This document shows positions 50,846 to 60,853 of a DNA stretch of 64,000 nt, piece after piece. Source of the DNA: Nitrospinaceae bacterium. GTDB lineage: Bacteria; Nitrospinota; Nitrospinia; Nitrospinales; Nitrospinaceae. Position 1 is the stretch's first letter; the number at the start of each line of letters is the position of its first letter. The position numbers and the translations under genes are program-made. A model generated the notes under the pieces. That model saw only the letters and a program-made list of their open reading frames with translations, was not told where the DNA came from and made no database searches. The stretch lies in the NCBI GenBank assembly GCA_965237905.1, contig OZ250172.1:640001-704000 (forward strand), read 5' to 3'.

Positions 50846-51751
50846 TCACGATGATTTTAACTGCTTTAAAAATTTCTTTTTGGATTCCTTAAAAATCTGA
50901 TGAGGGATATGCATGGCCTTGGTGATGCGGCGGACCTCTTCATTTTCTTCGTGCGAAATACTGCCGTCAGCCACAGCGATGGCCCAGAAGCAATCGACCG
51001 CACTCACCCGATCCTTGTAGGACACGCGGCTGTTGAACTCGGTAACGACTTCATGAAAATCGAATCCGTGCCGCGCCTGCTCTTCAATGACCTCGAACAA
51101 CAACTTCTGCTCTCCGGCGGAAAATTCAAACCGTTCCTTCAGGATTTGCTGGAGCGCCTTTCTTTCTTCTTCGTGAAAATGATCGTCCACCTGCGCCACC
51201 GAAGCCAGCAGAGCTCCGAACAGACAAATGAAGTAAACATTATCGTTTTCGAGATCGAACTTCTGGCCCGATCCTTTCATTTTCAATTCCAGCTTTTTGA
51301 GGATCGTGTTCTTAAAGTATCGGTTGACGGCGGGATTTTTTTCATGGGCCGGTTTGAAAATGGTGGCCTGAAAGAAATTGCGTACCTTTCCGAACGACCG
51401 CCTGGTAAACGAGGTTTTCTTGAGCATGCGGATGAATTCCTCTACCAGCTCGTTTTCCTCGGTTTTCATATCGCGATGGGCGTTGGCAATCGATTCCAGC
51501 TCAGTGATGATTTCATCCTTTTCTTTTTGGGAGCTGAGCTCCGCCGCCAACTGCTTGAACAAGTGCTCCTGTTCTTTTTTGGGAATCGGCGCCAGGAGGT
51601 AAGGGTTGAGTTGCCGGATATCATCTTTTTCCAGGCCAAATTTCCGGTAGAACTTTTTCAGGACGTTCTTTTCCGATTCAGTCATTTCGCCGTCGGCCCA
51701 GGCGATCACCGCCAGCACTTTCAGAAAGGTTAGATGTTTAAACGAAGGCAT
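50846..51751 (-). CDS. Tandem TerB-like domain protein
   Basis: AWADGEMTESE, AQVDDHFHEEE and AVADGSISHEE motifs. Confidence 0.8.
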   Translation of the reverse strand: MPSFKHLTFLKVLAVIAWADGEMTESEKNVLKKFYRKFGLEKDDIRQLNPYLLAPIPKKEQEHLFKQLAAELSSQKEKDEIITELESIANAHRDMKTEENELVEEFIRMLKKTSFTRRSFGKVRNFFQATIFKPAHEKNPAVNRYFKNTILKKLELKMKGSGQKFDLENDNVYFICLFGALLASVAQVDDHFHEEERKALQQILKERFEFSAGEQKLLFEVIEEQARHGFDFHEVVTEFNSRVSYKDRVSAVDCFWAIAVADGSISHEENEEVRRITKAMHIPHQIFKESKKKFLKQLKSS

Positions 51752-51769
51752 AATTTTTTTCCTGTCACT

Positions 51770-53023
51770 TTATTCGAAGGTATTGATCCACAGCACACCG
51801 CGCCCTTCCCTTTTGGCGTATGCGAAAATATCCAGAAAGGAATCCCGATTGATGTCGGCAAAGGTCAACGCGTGAAACTTGTCATTGAAGGGAAGCCGGC
51901 GGCGGGACTCTTTCCAGAACCGCCACTTGCCCAGCCCCCTCAAATAATGAATTCCATTTTCGCTCAACAAAAGGATATCGGGAAACTCACTGCCGTTGGC
52001 ATCCAGCAGATACACCGCCTGAAAAGCGACCTTGGGAGACGCCTTGAACGCGGCCTTCTTAAAATACCCTCGCCCGTGATTGACCAGGAAATAACTGTAT
52101 TCTCCCGCCGACAGCTCCTCCCGGTTGACCACCAACAAATCATTGTCGCCATCCTGATCGAAATCGGCCCAATCCGCATGAGCGCTCCGGTCCCTGATGG
52201 CGGGAAGCAGTTCCGAGGTCCGGTCCGCAAACTGTCCCAGGCCGTTGTTGATCAACAGGGAATTTTGTCCCTCGCCGTTGATCATGAAGATGTCCAAGGT
52301 CTTGTCGCCGTCATAATCGGCGAAGGAAGTGCCAACGATTCCCGGTTTCAACGGAGGCATCAACAACTGTGTGGCATCGCGAAACTGCCCTTTCCCGTTG
52401 TTGATCATAAATTGAGTCTGGTACTTGTGGAGCTTTCCCTGGTTATTCAAAACCCGTTGTCCGGTAAAAAGCAAATCGACGTGACCGTCTTCATCTATAT
52501 CCCTCATATCAACCCGGTCCATCCCCCGGTTCACGTAGGGAAAAGGAATTTCCTTCTTCGTGTAAAAATAACCTTTGCCGTTATTGAACAAAAATTTAGC
52601 CGCCGTGCCGTCGCTGAACCGGCCCACCAACACCAGATCCTGTACCCTGTCGTGATCCACATCCTGCAAGGCCATGAACAAAATCTGATCGGAGGGCTGT
52701 CCCTCCCATCCCACTCGCTTGACAGGAACAAATTTTTCACCTGCTTTATTATTCCATACCCGGATTACCGGTTGGCCCCGATCGCCGGTTCGCAGCAGAA
52801 CCAGGTCCAGCAATACATCCCGGTTGATATACGCCAATTGTGCTTTCAATATTCCCGGCTCCAAATCCGGCAAGTAGACTCGGGTCTGATCCTTGTACTT
52901 TTGAAGCTTCGGGTCTTCACCAAATACCGAACCCTTACCGCAGGCCACGCAAAAAAACGCCAGCAAACACACCAGCGCCGAAAACCTGAAAATTATTTTT
53001 ATTTGGGAAATTGATTTCATCAA
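51770..53023 (-). CDS. FG-GAP/VCBS repeat lipoprotein
   Basis: Repeated DxDxDGxxDL and NNGxGxF units; leader ends CVAC. Confidence 0.85.
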   Translation of the reverse strand: MMKSISQIKIIFRFSALVCLLAFFCVACGKGSVFGEDPKLQKYKDQTRVYLPDLEPGILKAQLAYINRDVLLDLVLLRTGDRGQPVIRVWNNKAGEKFVPVKRVGWEGQPSDQILFMALQDVDHDRVQDLVLVGRFSDGTAAKFLFNNGKGYFYTKKEIPFPYVNRGMDRVDMRDIDEDGHVDLLFTGQRVLNNQGKLHKYQTQFMINNGKGQFRDATQLLMPPLKPGIVGTSFADYDGDKTLDIFMINGEGQNSLLINNGLGQFADRTSELLPAIRDRSAHADWADFDQDGDNDLLVVNREELSAGEYSYFLVNHGRGYFKKAAFKASPKVAFQAVYLLDANGSEFPDILLLSENGIHYLRGLGKWRFWKESRRRLPFNDKFHALTFADINRDSFLDIFAYAKREGRGVLWINTFE

Positions 53024-53760
53024 ATGTTCAGACAGACACCGCCCAATGTTTTCTGGAATCCCTCTTGCAAGGCGGCGCTGATCTCTTCAAAAGAAAATTT
53101 TCGGTCACAAACCTGATTCAACGTGGTGGTTGAATGGATCAAACGGTGTTGCATGGCCATTCTCTCACTCTCATCACCAAACTTTAACAAAGACGCAAAC
53201 AACTCGTGATCGGATTCGATGATCAAAGACCCGTGCTGTAAAAACGCCTTCGAAGTCCTTTTCTGAGCGCTCCCCACCAGCTTTTTGCCATCGATGGTGA
53301 TTTCGCAATGGTTGAGTGATGCAAAACAGGCCGGAGACCGCGCAAACCCAGACCGTTGTTTGCCTGTATTGATGTCGCCCTGAATTCCCAGACCGTCCAG
53401 CCCGGACAACAATGCTTCGCTGACAGCGCCGAAGGTCGCCTTCAACCCCCGGTTGAACGGAGACAACGACACCGGCGCCACCACCGCATAGGTCAACTCC
53501 CGGTGATGCAGAAGAGCGCGCCCACCCGTCGGCCGCCGGACAATGGCAATACCCAGCTCCCGGCAACGCTCGATGTCCAGCTCCTCTTCGGCTTTTTGCG
53601 AATACCCGACAGTGATCGCGGGTTCGGACCATCCATACAACCGCACGGTGGGAGGAATCCGGCCCTGTTCGCAGTCGGCCAATAACGCCGTATCCACCTG
53701 CATATTCCATTTCGCTGGGTGGTGACCATCGGATATCCAACGCCATTCATTATGAAGCAT
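53020..53760 (-). CDS. Lipoate-protein ligase family protein (LipM-like)
   Basis: NMQVD, VRRPTGGRALLH, KLVGSAQ and QHGS motifs. Confidence 0.88.
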   Translation of the reverse strand: MLHNEWRWISDGHHPAKWNMQVDTALLADCEQGRIPPTVRLYGWSEPAITVGYSQKAEEELDIERCRELGIAIVRRPTGGRALLHHRELTYAVVAPVSLSPFNRGLKATFGAVSEALLSGLDGLGIQGDINTGKQRSGFARSPACFASLNHCEITIDGKKLVGSAQKRTSKAFLQHGSLIIESDHELFASLLKFGDESERMAMQHRLIHSTTTLNQVCDRKFSFEEISAALQEGFQKTLGGVCLNI

Positions 53761-53902
53761 TCTTTTCCTTTATTGAGATTTACCTTTTGACTCTATCGGG
53801 TGCATTCTATAAAATTTTTTGATAGCCTATTCCAAGGCTTCACTCGGCCCTAAACGTTCAGTGCGTCCTATTGTCAACCAAATCAGAGGAAATTTCAAAA
53901 GA

Positions 53903-54943
53903 ATGCGCAGTTACTATTGTTTGACTTGGGGTTGTGTGCTTTTCGCGATGGCGTTTCCAAAGCCGGTAGCGGCGTTCGAGCATCTGCGGGATCCTCTCCA
54001 TCAGAAGGTGACTTGTGAAACCGCCTGCCACTTGCCGGAAAATATAAAGCAGGCCCGCATCGAAAAAACCCAAAAGGCCGAATGCGCCTCCTGCCACCAG
54101 GGAGGCTTGCCGCTGGAAACCTTGAGTCCTTTCCAGACCCCGGACCCCTTTCTATTGCCGGAAAACCAACGACCGAACCAGCGTTTTCTGTCGCCGCGGC
54201 CCCCGGTTCTTGCCGGACAAATAATGGCATCTTCCAAAATCCGAAAATCGAAAAAAAACCCGCAGACCCCGGGAATGGTTTTTATCGACTCCGGGGAATT
54301 CATTATGGGATCCAACGAACGCTGGGATGACGAGTCGCCTGAACACATCAACAAGACCGGCGCATTTTACATTGATCTCTATGAAGTAGCCAACCAGGAT
54401 TACAAAAAATTTGTGGACGCCACGAAACGTAAACCGCCGCACCACTGGGCTCAGGACAATATTCCCAAAGGCAAGGAAGATCACCCGGTCACCTATGTCA
54501 GTTGGTTCGACGCGAACGATTATTGCCAATGGACCGGCAAACGCCTGCCCAACGAGGAGGAATGGGAAAAAGCCGCGCGTGGAGAAGCTGGCAGTATCTA
54601 TCCCTGGGGCAACCTCTGGTCATTGGACAAATCCAACAACCCGTACAAACATTCCACTGGAACGGAACCGATAGGATCCTACCCCGGCGGTCGGAGTGTC
54701 TACGGATTATATGACATGTCGGGTAACGTGTGGGAGTGGGTGGATGCCTACTACCTGCCGCATCCCGGCAACACCATCCCAAAACCGGAGTACGGCAAGG
54801 ACAAACGTGTGCTGAAAGGCGGCTCATGGTTCGACTGTCTGTCGTACGGATGCGGGCTCAGCGCACCCACCTTCAACCGCAGTTTTTTCAATCCCGAGGT
54901 GAAGAACAACAGCTTCGGTTTCCGCTGCGCGAAGAACCCCTGA
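53903..54943 (+). CDS. Secreted SUMF1/FGE-fold protein with two N-terminal c-type heme-binding motifs
   Basis: Signal-like leader, CETACH and CASCH, RLPNEEEWEKAARG, YDMSGNVWEW, GGSWFDCLSYGC and GFRC. Start is uncertain (ORF extends to 53819). Confidence 0.85.
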   Translation: MRSYYCLTWGCVLFAMAFPKPVAAFEHLRDPLHQKVTCETACHLPENIKQARIEKTQKAECASCHQGGLPLETLSPFQTPDPFLLPENQRPNQRFLSPRPPVLAGQIMASSKIRKSKKNPQTPGMVFIDSGEFIMGSNERWDDESPEHINKTGAFYIDLYEVANQDYKKFVDATKRKPPHHWAQDNIPKGKEDHPVTYVSWFDANDYCQWTGKRLPNEEEWEKAARGEAGSIYPWGNLWSLDKSNNPYKHSTGTEPIGSYPGGRSVYGLYDMSGNVWEWVDAYYLPHPGNTIPKPEYGKDKRVLKGGSWFDCLSYGCGLSAPTFNRSFFNPEVKNNSFGFRCAKNP

Positions 54944-55080
54944 CGTTGCCATGTCTTCTCCCCCCAATCCCAATAAACAACATTCCCCCCTGGGTCGACG
55001 CATTCTCCTCTGGGTACTCCTTATTGCGTTTTGGTTGCTTTACTTTTGGTGGCGCGAATCGCCCTGATCCGATTATACGA

Positions 55081-55908
55081 TTATTGAGGAAGCTTGCCAA
55101 ATCTGTTGCGGTTGAGGTTTTCATTACCATTCATCAGATCCAAACGGTGTTTGGCGGGAGCCAGAGTCACCTGGGTATTGGGCTTGGAGGATAGGTAAAC
55201 CTGCGTCTCCGGAATCGGAGAGAGTTCCAACCGGGTTTCAAAAGCAGGCGAATGTCCGGGGGGCGTGGCATCTGCCGGAAGCTCATGAGCAAACCCGGTG
55301 GCCCTGCTGTGAAAAATAAGAGGCTTCCGGCTTTTGAAAGGCCCGGCCATCGGCTCCAGATGCTCCGACGCTTTGGAATAGGGTTTTAAAGCAACGGTAG
55401 GAAAATAATACGACGCATCATCGAGATGAACGGTGCCCGGTGGTGCCATCCCCTCTGCCGCCACGCCAAACCCTTTGCCCGCCCGCACCCAATGTTTATC
55501 GGCAAGCGTCCACGAGTTCGTGTGGGTGTTACCCTCCGAACTTTTCCGGGTTTTGGACTCCTTCAGTAAGGCGGGCAAAAATTCATAGCGTTGGACCGCA
55601 CCGTAAGCGCGGTCCTGTGAATAGTTTTTCATCCCTGACAAAGCAATGTGTTGAGTGGCCGGCATTGGATTCGTCGATTGACCGGGATGATCCGGGTTCT
55701 GTTCAGCCAACAATCCAGTGGCCGCACCCGGCGCTTCGGGGAGAACGAGATCACTGCGCAGTTCCACCTGAGCGGCCCCGACCTCCACGGGTTCCCGGGT
55801 CTCCTGCGAACAGGCGAAACCGGCCCATCCGGCAAGCAACAACAGCCCATAACGGGTCCACGTCAATTTTCCCATCACCATGCCCCAAAAATTCAAAAAA
55901 TTTGACAC
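55081..55908 (-). CDS. Hypothetical lipoprotein
   Basis: Hydrophobic leader ending GFAC; no recognisable domain. Confidence 0.55.
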   Translation of the reverse strand: MSNFLNFWGMVMGKLTWTRYGLLLLAGWAGFACSQETREPVEVGAAQVELRSDLVLPEAPGAATGLLAEQNPDHPGQSTNPMPATQHIALSGMKNYSQDRAYGAVQRYEFLPALLKESKTRKSSEGNTHTNSWTLADKHWVRAGKGFGVAAEGMAPPGTVHLDDASYYFPTVALKPYSKASEHLEPMAGPFKSRKPLIFHSRATGFAHELPADATPPGHSPAFETRLELSPIPETQVYLSSKPNTQVTLAPAKHRLDLMNGNENLNRNRFGKLPQ

Positions 55909-56018
55909 CTGCTGAGAGCAAACTCCAGCTATTTATTAAGTTAACGCATTGGTACGAAGATTGCTTTTATTTTTTAAAATGAATTTAACCCTAACTGGAA
56001 TGGGAAGGATGGGCTTGA

Positions 56019-56297
56019 ATGGACCTGATGAAAGGGGAACTTAGAAGCTATTTGGATCCCACAGCTCTCCGGATTTTGAAAAAGCGTCTGGTTTCCGGAA
56101 AAATCACGCCTCAGGTGTTCAAAGACATTTTGAAGCGGCAAATGGTCAAGTATTTTTTCCAGACTTACCGGCACCCTCTGATAGAATCCTGGCAAAACTG
56201 GCGGCGACCTGCCAAAAAGCGGGTGGGAGATAACAGGAGCACAACGGCGCAATCCAAGAAAGATCAGTTCGAGATATACCATCACAAACAGTTTTGA
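56019..56297 (+). CDS. Small basic hypothetical protein
   Basis: 92-aa ORF filling the gap between neighbours; no motif recognised. Confidence 0.45.
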   Translation: MDLMKGELRSYLDPTALRILKKRLVSGKITPQVFKDILKRQMVKYFFQTYRHPLIESWQNWRRPAKKRVGDNRSTTAQSKKDQFEIYHHKQF

Positions 56298-56460
56298 CTT
56301 CTCTCCCGGATCGTCTTGTCCCGGAATTCGCTCTACTCCCGGTCGGCCCACCCGTCTCCAATTTTTTTATTCTCTAAAAGTCGCTTCTGTTGCTACAATG
56401 GCCCCCGCCCAGGCTGAAATGGGGAATATTCATATAACCACTAACACACCTTTATTGACA

Positions 56461-57543
56461 ATGAATTGGGAAGACCTCACACAACTCGTTACCCAGAAGA
56501 ATAGTTATATTCTGCAAGCGTTCCTGGTCGTTTTCGCTGCTCTGATCCTGGATTTTGTCCAGAGAAAAGTTCTGAATCGGTTACATCTGAAGGCGGAGAA
56601 AACCAAGAGAATCTGGGACGATGCGATCATCGATTCCATCAAAAAACCGATCTCCCTGATCATCTGGGCGGCAGGACTTTACCTGGCGGCGGAAATCATT
56701 CAGGAAGCCACCGGTGCAGTGATCTTCGATGCAGTCGGGCCTTTGCGGGATACGATGATTATCGGCGCCATTGCCTGGTTCCTGGTCCGCCTGATCAAGC
56801 ACGGTGAACAGAAATTTGTTGAAGGGGAAAAGAAAGTTGACCCGACCACGGTCGACGCCATATCCAAACTGTTAAAAGTTTCCGTAGTCATCACCTCGCT
56901 TTTGGTGGTCCTGCAAACGATGGGATTCAGTATTTCGGGGGTACTGGCCTTTGGCGGCATCGGCGGGGTCGCGGTGGGGTTTGCCGCGAAGGACCTGCTG
57001 GCCAATTTTTTCGGCGGACTGACGATTTATCTGGACCGCCCCTTCGCAGTGGGAGACTGGATTCGCTCGCCGGACCGCAACATCGAAGGCACAGTGGAGC
57101 AAATCGGCTGGCGCTTGACGCGCATTCGCACGTTTGACAAACGTCCCCTCTATGTTCCCAACTCCACGTTCACTACCATTGCCGTGGAGAACCCGTCACG
57201 CATGCTCAACCGGCGCATCAAGGAAACCATAGGCATTCGTTACGACGACGCAGGAAAAATGGAAGCGATTGTCCACAAGGTCAGGGATATGCTGATGAAC
57301 CATCCGGAAATCGACACCGGCAAAACGCTGATCGTCAATTTCAATGCGTTCGCCCCCTCTTCGCTGGACTTTTTCATCTACACGTTTACCAAAACCACCG
57401 ACTGGATCCAATTCCATGAAATCAAGCAGGACGTGATGCTGAAAATTATCGACATCATCGAAAAAGAAGAAGCCGAGTGCGCTTTCCCCACCTCCACCAT
57501 CCACCTGGCCGACAAGGATATCTTCAAAAATTTGAACTCATAA
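56461..57543 (+). CDS. MscS-family mechanosensitive channel (YnaI-like)
   Basis: GGIGGVAVGFAAKDLLANFFGG, PFAVGDWI and YVPNS motifs. Confidence 0.92.
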   Translation: MNWEDLTQLVTQKNSYILQAFLVVFAALILDFVQRKVLNRLHLKAEKTKRIWDDAIIDSIKKPISLIIWAAGLYLAAEIIQEATGAVIFDAVGPLRDTMIIGAIAWFLVRLIKHGEQKFVEGEKKVDPTTVDAISKLLKVSVVITSLLVVLQTMGFSISGVLAFGGIGGVAVGFAAKDLLANFFGGLTIYLDRPFAVGDWIRSPDRNIEGTVEQIGWRLTRIRTFDKRPLYVPNSTFTTIAVENPSRMLNRRIKETIGIRYDDAGKMEAIVHKVRDMLMNHPEIDTGKTLIVNFNAFAPSSLDFFIYTFTKTTDWIQFHEIKQDVMLKIIDIIEKEEAECAFPTSTIHLADKDIFKNLNS

Positions 57544-57556
57544 ATTCAAACCCTCC

Positions 57557-59092
57557 TCATGCTTCTTTTTTCCGAGTTTTCCTATTAAAGTAAATGGACC
57601 CGGCAACGAAAGCCAATAGTGCAATCAGTGAAATCAGATAGGATATCTGAACAGCAGGAACATAGTACCCTTCCACCGATTTGGCCCAATCCGAGATGGG
57701 TTCTATCCTTTGCAGGAGTCCCGAGGATAACTTAATTCTTGAAGCATGCGCATACCAAACCGAAGAATGCTCCATCAGAAAGATACCTTCATAAACAATC
57801 CCCGCAACAGCCAGAATCTGAATGCCCCAACCAGGTCGTAAACGGTCAAATGTTTTTTGCATCCAGATACAAGACAGGGTCAGCAAAATCAAAAGAGGAA
57901 GAATCAGAAACCGGGAGGGCGTTCTTTCAACGGAGATCAAGGGTAAGGGGAGGTGAGCGATAAACCCAAAAATGGCACCGAAGGAAAAAACTGCGATTAA
58001 CAGCATGGGTATGTTGAGGATCCGGTAATCCGTCAATACCTCCGTCTCCCTCCATCGTTTCCAGAGTCCGAAATACAACAGGAACCCCAACCCCAGAATG
58101 GATATATAGTGATCCACCTCCCACCAGGGCATTGAAACCTTTTCGCTATACCTCATATCCAGTATTACATCCTGGCTTTGGTAAATGCTGGTCAACGCAC
58201 TCCAAAGAACCGAAAAAGAGGGGAAACCATACATGAATGGATTTTTATAGTCCCAGAAAGTAATAGACGCCGGCAGTATTCGGTACATGGAAAATACCAG
58301 AGTTAAACCCACTCCGGTCAATACCGGCTTCCAATATCGCTTCTGAAACGGGCATAAGAGAAGCAAGAACAACAGGCACCATACAAAAGGGTGCAACCCT
58401 CCAAACAAAAGAATTCCGAATAACACAAACGTCAACCTGGCCGGCCGGCTTCCTAAATCATCCCCTTCCACCAAACTCAAAACCCAACCCACAAAAAAAG
58501 GCAACAAGAAATAAGCGGTCCAGGACCAATGGCCCACCGCCAAATGTGAGGTGATATGGCCATTAAAGTTGAACAGGAGAAAGAAAGCGACAAACGAAAC
58601 CGACGACCATTGGTATTTTCTTTTGAGCCACAAGCAGCTCAAAAAACCCAGCGAATAAACAAATATTAATTGCGTAAGAAAAAAATCCTCAACGCTCAAA
58701 AATTTTAATAAATAAATAGTAGGAAATAAATCCGTCGCGGGAATAGCGAGAAACTGATTGGTTCCCTTATAAGTATATGGCATGAAATAAGGGATGCTTT
58801 TCTCAATCAGGGCATTTTGAGTGACCTGGTAAAAATCATAAAACATTTGCCAATCAATGTATCGGTACTGAACCTTCCCATAATTGATCAGCCAGGCCCA
58901 ATGAAACATGCCTCCTAGATAGGCAATACCCATGACCAGATAATTTCCGGCTTTGGATACCAGAGTTCCCGAGGGGGGACGAAACAAAAACTCAAACAAC
59001 CCGTTTTTCAAATTCTGTTGCGATAAATAAAACTTCTCTCTTAATGAACCGGTTTGTGTATTTATTTTTAACAGCATTGGGAACTTTTTCAT
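57557..59092 (-). CDS. Polytopic membrane protein, paralogue A (possibly GT-C/YfhO-like)
   Basis: About 12-13 hydrophobic segments; collinear with the 59096..60619 protein. Confidence 0.75.
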   Translation of the reverse strand: MKKFPMLLKINTQTGSLREKFYLSQQNLKNGLFEFLFRPPSGTLVSKAGNYLVMGIAYLGGMFHWAWLINYGKVQYRYIDWQMFYDFYQVTQNALIEKSIPYFMPYTYKGTNQFLAIPATDLFPTIYLLKFLSVEDFFLTQLIFVYSLGFLSCLWLKRKYQWSSVSFVAFFLLFNFNGHITSHLAVGHWSWTAYFLLPFFVGWVLSLVEGDDLGSRPARLTFVLFGILLFGGLHPFVWCLLFLLLLCPFQKRYWKPVLTGVGLTLVFSMYRILPASITFWDYKNPFMYGFPSFSVLWSALTSIYQSQDVILDMRYSEKVSMPWWEVDHYISILGLGFLLYFGLWKRWRETEVLTDYRILNIPMLLIAVFSFGAIFGFIAHLPLPLISVERTPSRFLILPLLILLTLSCIWMQKTFDRLRPGWGIQILAVAGIVYEGIFLMEHSSVWYAHASRIKLSSGLLQRIEPISDWAKSVEGYYVPAVQISYLISLIALLAFVAGSIYFNRKTRKKEA

Positions 59093-59095
59093 TTA

Positions 59096-60619
59096 TTAAG
59101 GCCTGCTACCCTTTTCAAGAGCCGGGCGCTTCATTTTGAAATAAAGGGCTCCTGCGAAGAATGCAACCAGTGCAATCAGTGAAATCAGATAGGATATTTG
59201 AACAGCAGGAACATAGTACCCTTCCACCGATTTGGCCCAACTTGAAAAGGTGTCGAACATGGGGATAATTACGTCCGCTAACGTGTCACCCCATACCTTG
59301 ACTTGCCAGATGGAAGAATGCTCTATAAACAAAAATCCATGAATGGAAATACCCGTCAGCGCAATACACATGACCCACCAACTTGCAGATAACCGATTAA
59401 ACATCTGCTGCATCCAAATACAGGAAATCACCAGCAGAACCAGCAGAGGAACAATCAAAAATCGGGAAGAAACCCTTTCAACCGAGATAAAGGGGATGGG
59501 AACCAAAGTAAACAACTTAAAAAGACTGCCAAAAGTAAGGACGGTTAAAACCAGCATAGGAATATTGAGTACGCGGTAATCGTTAATGCGCCATTCGCTT
59601 TTTTTGGTCAGCCGTAGGAAAATTCCAAAATAGGCCATGGCAACCAACCCAATAATCCCAATATAATGATCCACCTCCCACCAGGGTGCGGTACCCTCCG
59701 GCCCAAAACCCAGGGTCAGCATATTTTCCTGCCCTTTAACAGAGGCCAGGGCTTTCCAAAAAATGGAAAACGAAGGGAACCCCGAAATAAATTCATTTGT
59801 ATAACCAAAATAGGTAATGGCCGCCGGTAATAGCCGATGCACAGAAAATACAAGAGATAACCCAACACCTATCATAACGGGTTTCCAAAATCGCTTCTGA
59901 CACAAGCATAGGAGGAGCAGGAATATCAGGCACCACACAAAAGTATGCAATCCTCCAAATAAAAGCATCGCAAAAAACACCCAGGCCAGCCGGGTTCCAT
60001 GAAGGGGAGAAACGTCTCCTTCCACCAACTTAAAAACCCACACAAGAAAAAAGGAAATCATGAAATAACTGATCCATGGCCAATGACCGATGGCAATATG
60101 CGAAACAATATGCCCGTTAAAGCTGAAAATGAGGAAAAAGAATACAAACGTAAAGAGTGACCACTGATAGGTCTTTTTAAGCCACAAACATCCTATGAAC
60201 CCCAGGGAATAAACAAATATCAATTGAAAAAGAAAAAACTCTTCTACACTCAAAAATTTCAATAAAAAAATAGTTGGAAAAAGATCGGAGGAAGGAAAAG
60301 CAAGAAACTGGTCGGTCCCCTTAAAAAAATAGGGCGTGAAGTAAGGAATGGCGTTCTCGGCCAAAGCTTTTTGAATTATTCGGTAACAATTAAAAAACAT
60401 ATCCCAGTCAAAATATTTAACATGTACCCTCCCGTAATTGATGATCCAGGCCCAATGAAAGGCTCCAATCAAATAGGCAACACCCAGGACCAGATAATTT
60501 CCGGCTTTGGATACCAGAGTTCCCGGGGGGGGACGAAACAAAAACTCAAACAACCCGTTTTTCAAATTCTGTTGGAATAAAAAAAGCTTCTCTTTTAGGG
60601 AGTTGACTTGTGTGCTCAT
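59096..60619 (-). CDS. Polytopic membrane protein, paralogue B (possibly GT-C/YfhO-like)
   Basis: Shares the GHW.W, PWWEVDHYI and SVERxxSRFL motifs with paralogue A. Confidence 0.75.
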   Translation of the reverse strand: MSTQVNSLKEKLFLFQQNLKNGLFEFLFRPPPGTLVSKAGNYLVLGVAYLIGAFHWAWIINYGRVHVKYFDWDMFFNCYRIIQKALAENAIPYFTPYFFKGTDQFLAFPSSDLFPTIFLLKFLSVEEFFLFQLIFVYSLGFIGCLWLKKTYQWSLFTFVFFFLIFSFNGHIVSHIAIGHWPWISYFMISFFLVWVFKLVEGDVSPLHGTRLAWVFFAMLLFGGLHTFVWCLIFLLLLCLCQKRFWKPVMIGVGLSLVFSVHRLLPAAITYFGYTNEFISGFPSFSIFWKALASVKGQENMLTLGFGPEGTAPWWEVDHYIGIIGLVAMAYFGIFLRLTKKSEWRINDYRVLNIPMLVLTVLTFGSLFKLFTLVPIPFISVERVSSRFLIVPLLVLLVISCIWMQQMFNRLSASWWVMCIALTGISIHGFLFIEHSSIWQVKVWGDTLADVIIPMFDTFSSWAKSVEGYYVPAVQISYLISLIALVAFFAGALYFKMKRPALEKGSRP

Positions 60620-60853
60620 GTATTGGAAGAATAATTCTTGTAGAGGGTTTTTCAGTAAATGGGCCCTGCTTAACCTGAACGGGGTAAAAACAATGAAAAC
60701 AAATGCTTTAAGTGTACTTAAGCAGTATAAGGCAATTTAATTTCTTTTCTCGACTTTTAACTAAATCCTTTATTTTCAATGGCTAAATGGTTCTTCTTCT
60801 TCACTGGGGAGGCTATAAATGAAATTGACAACCACGAGGGCGATTTGTAAACT

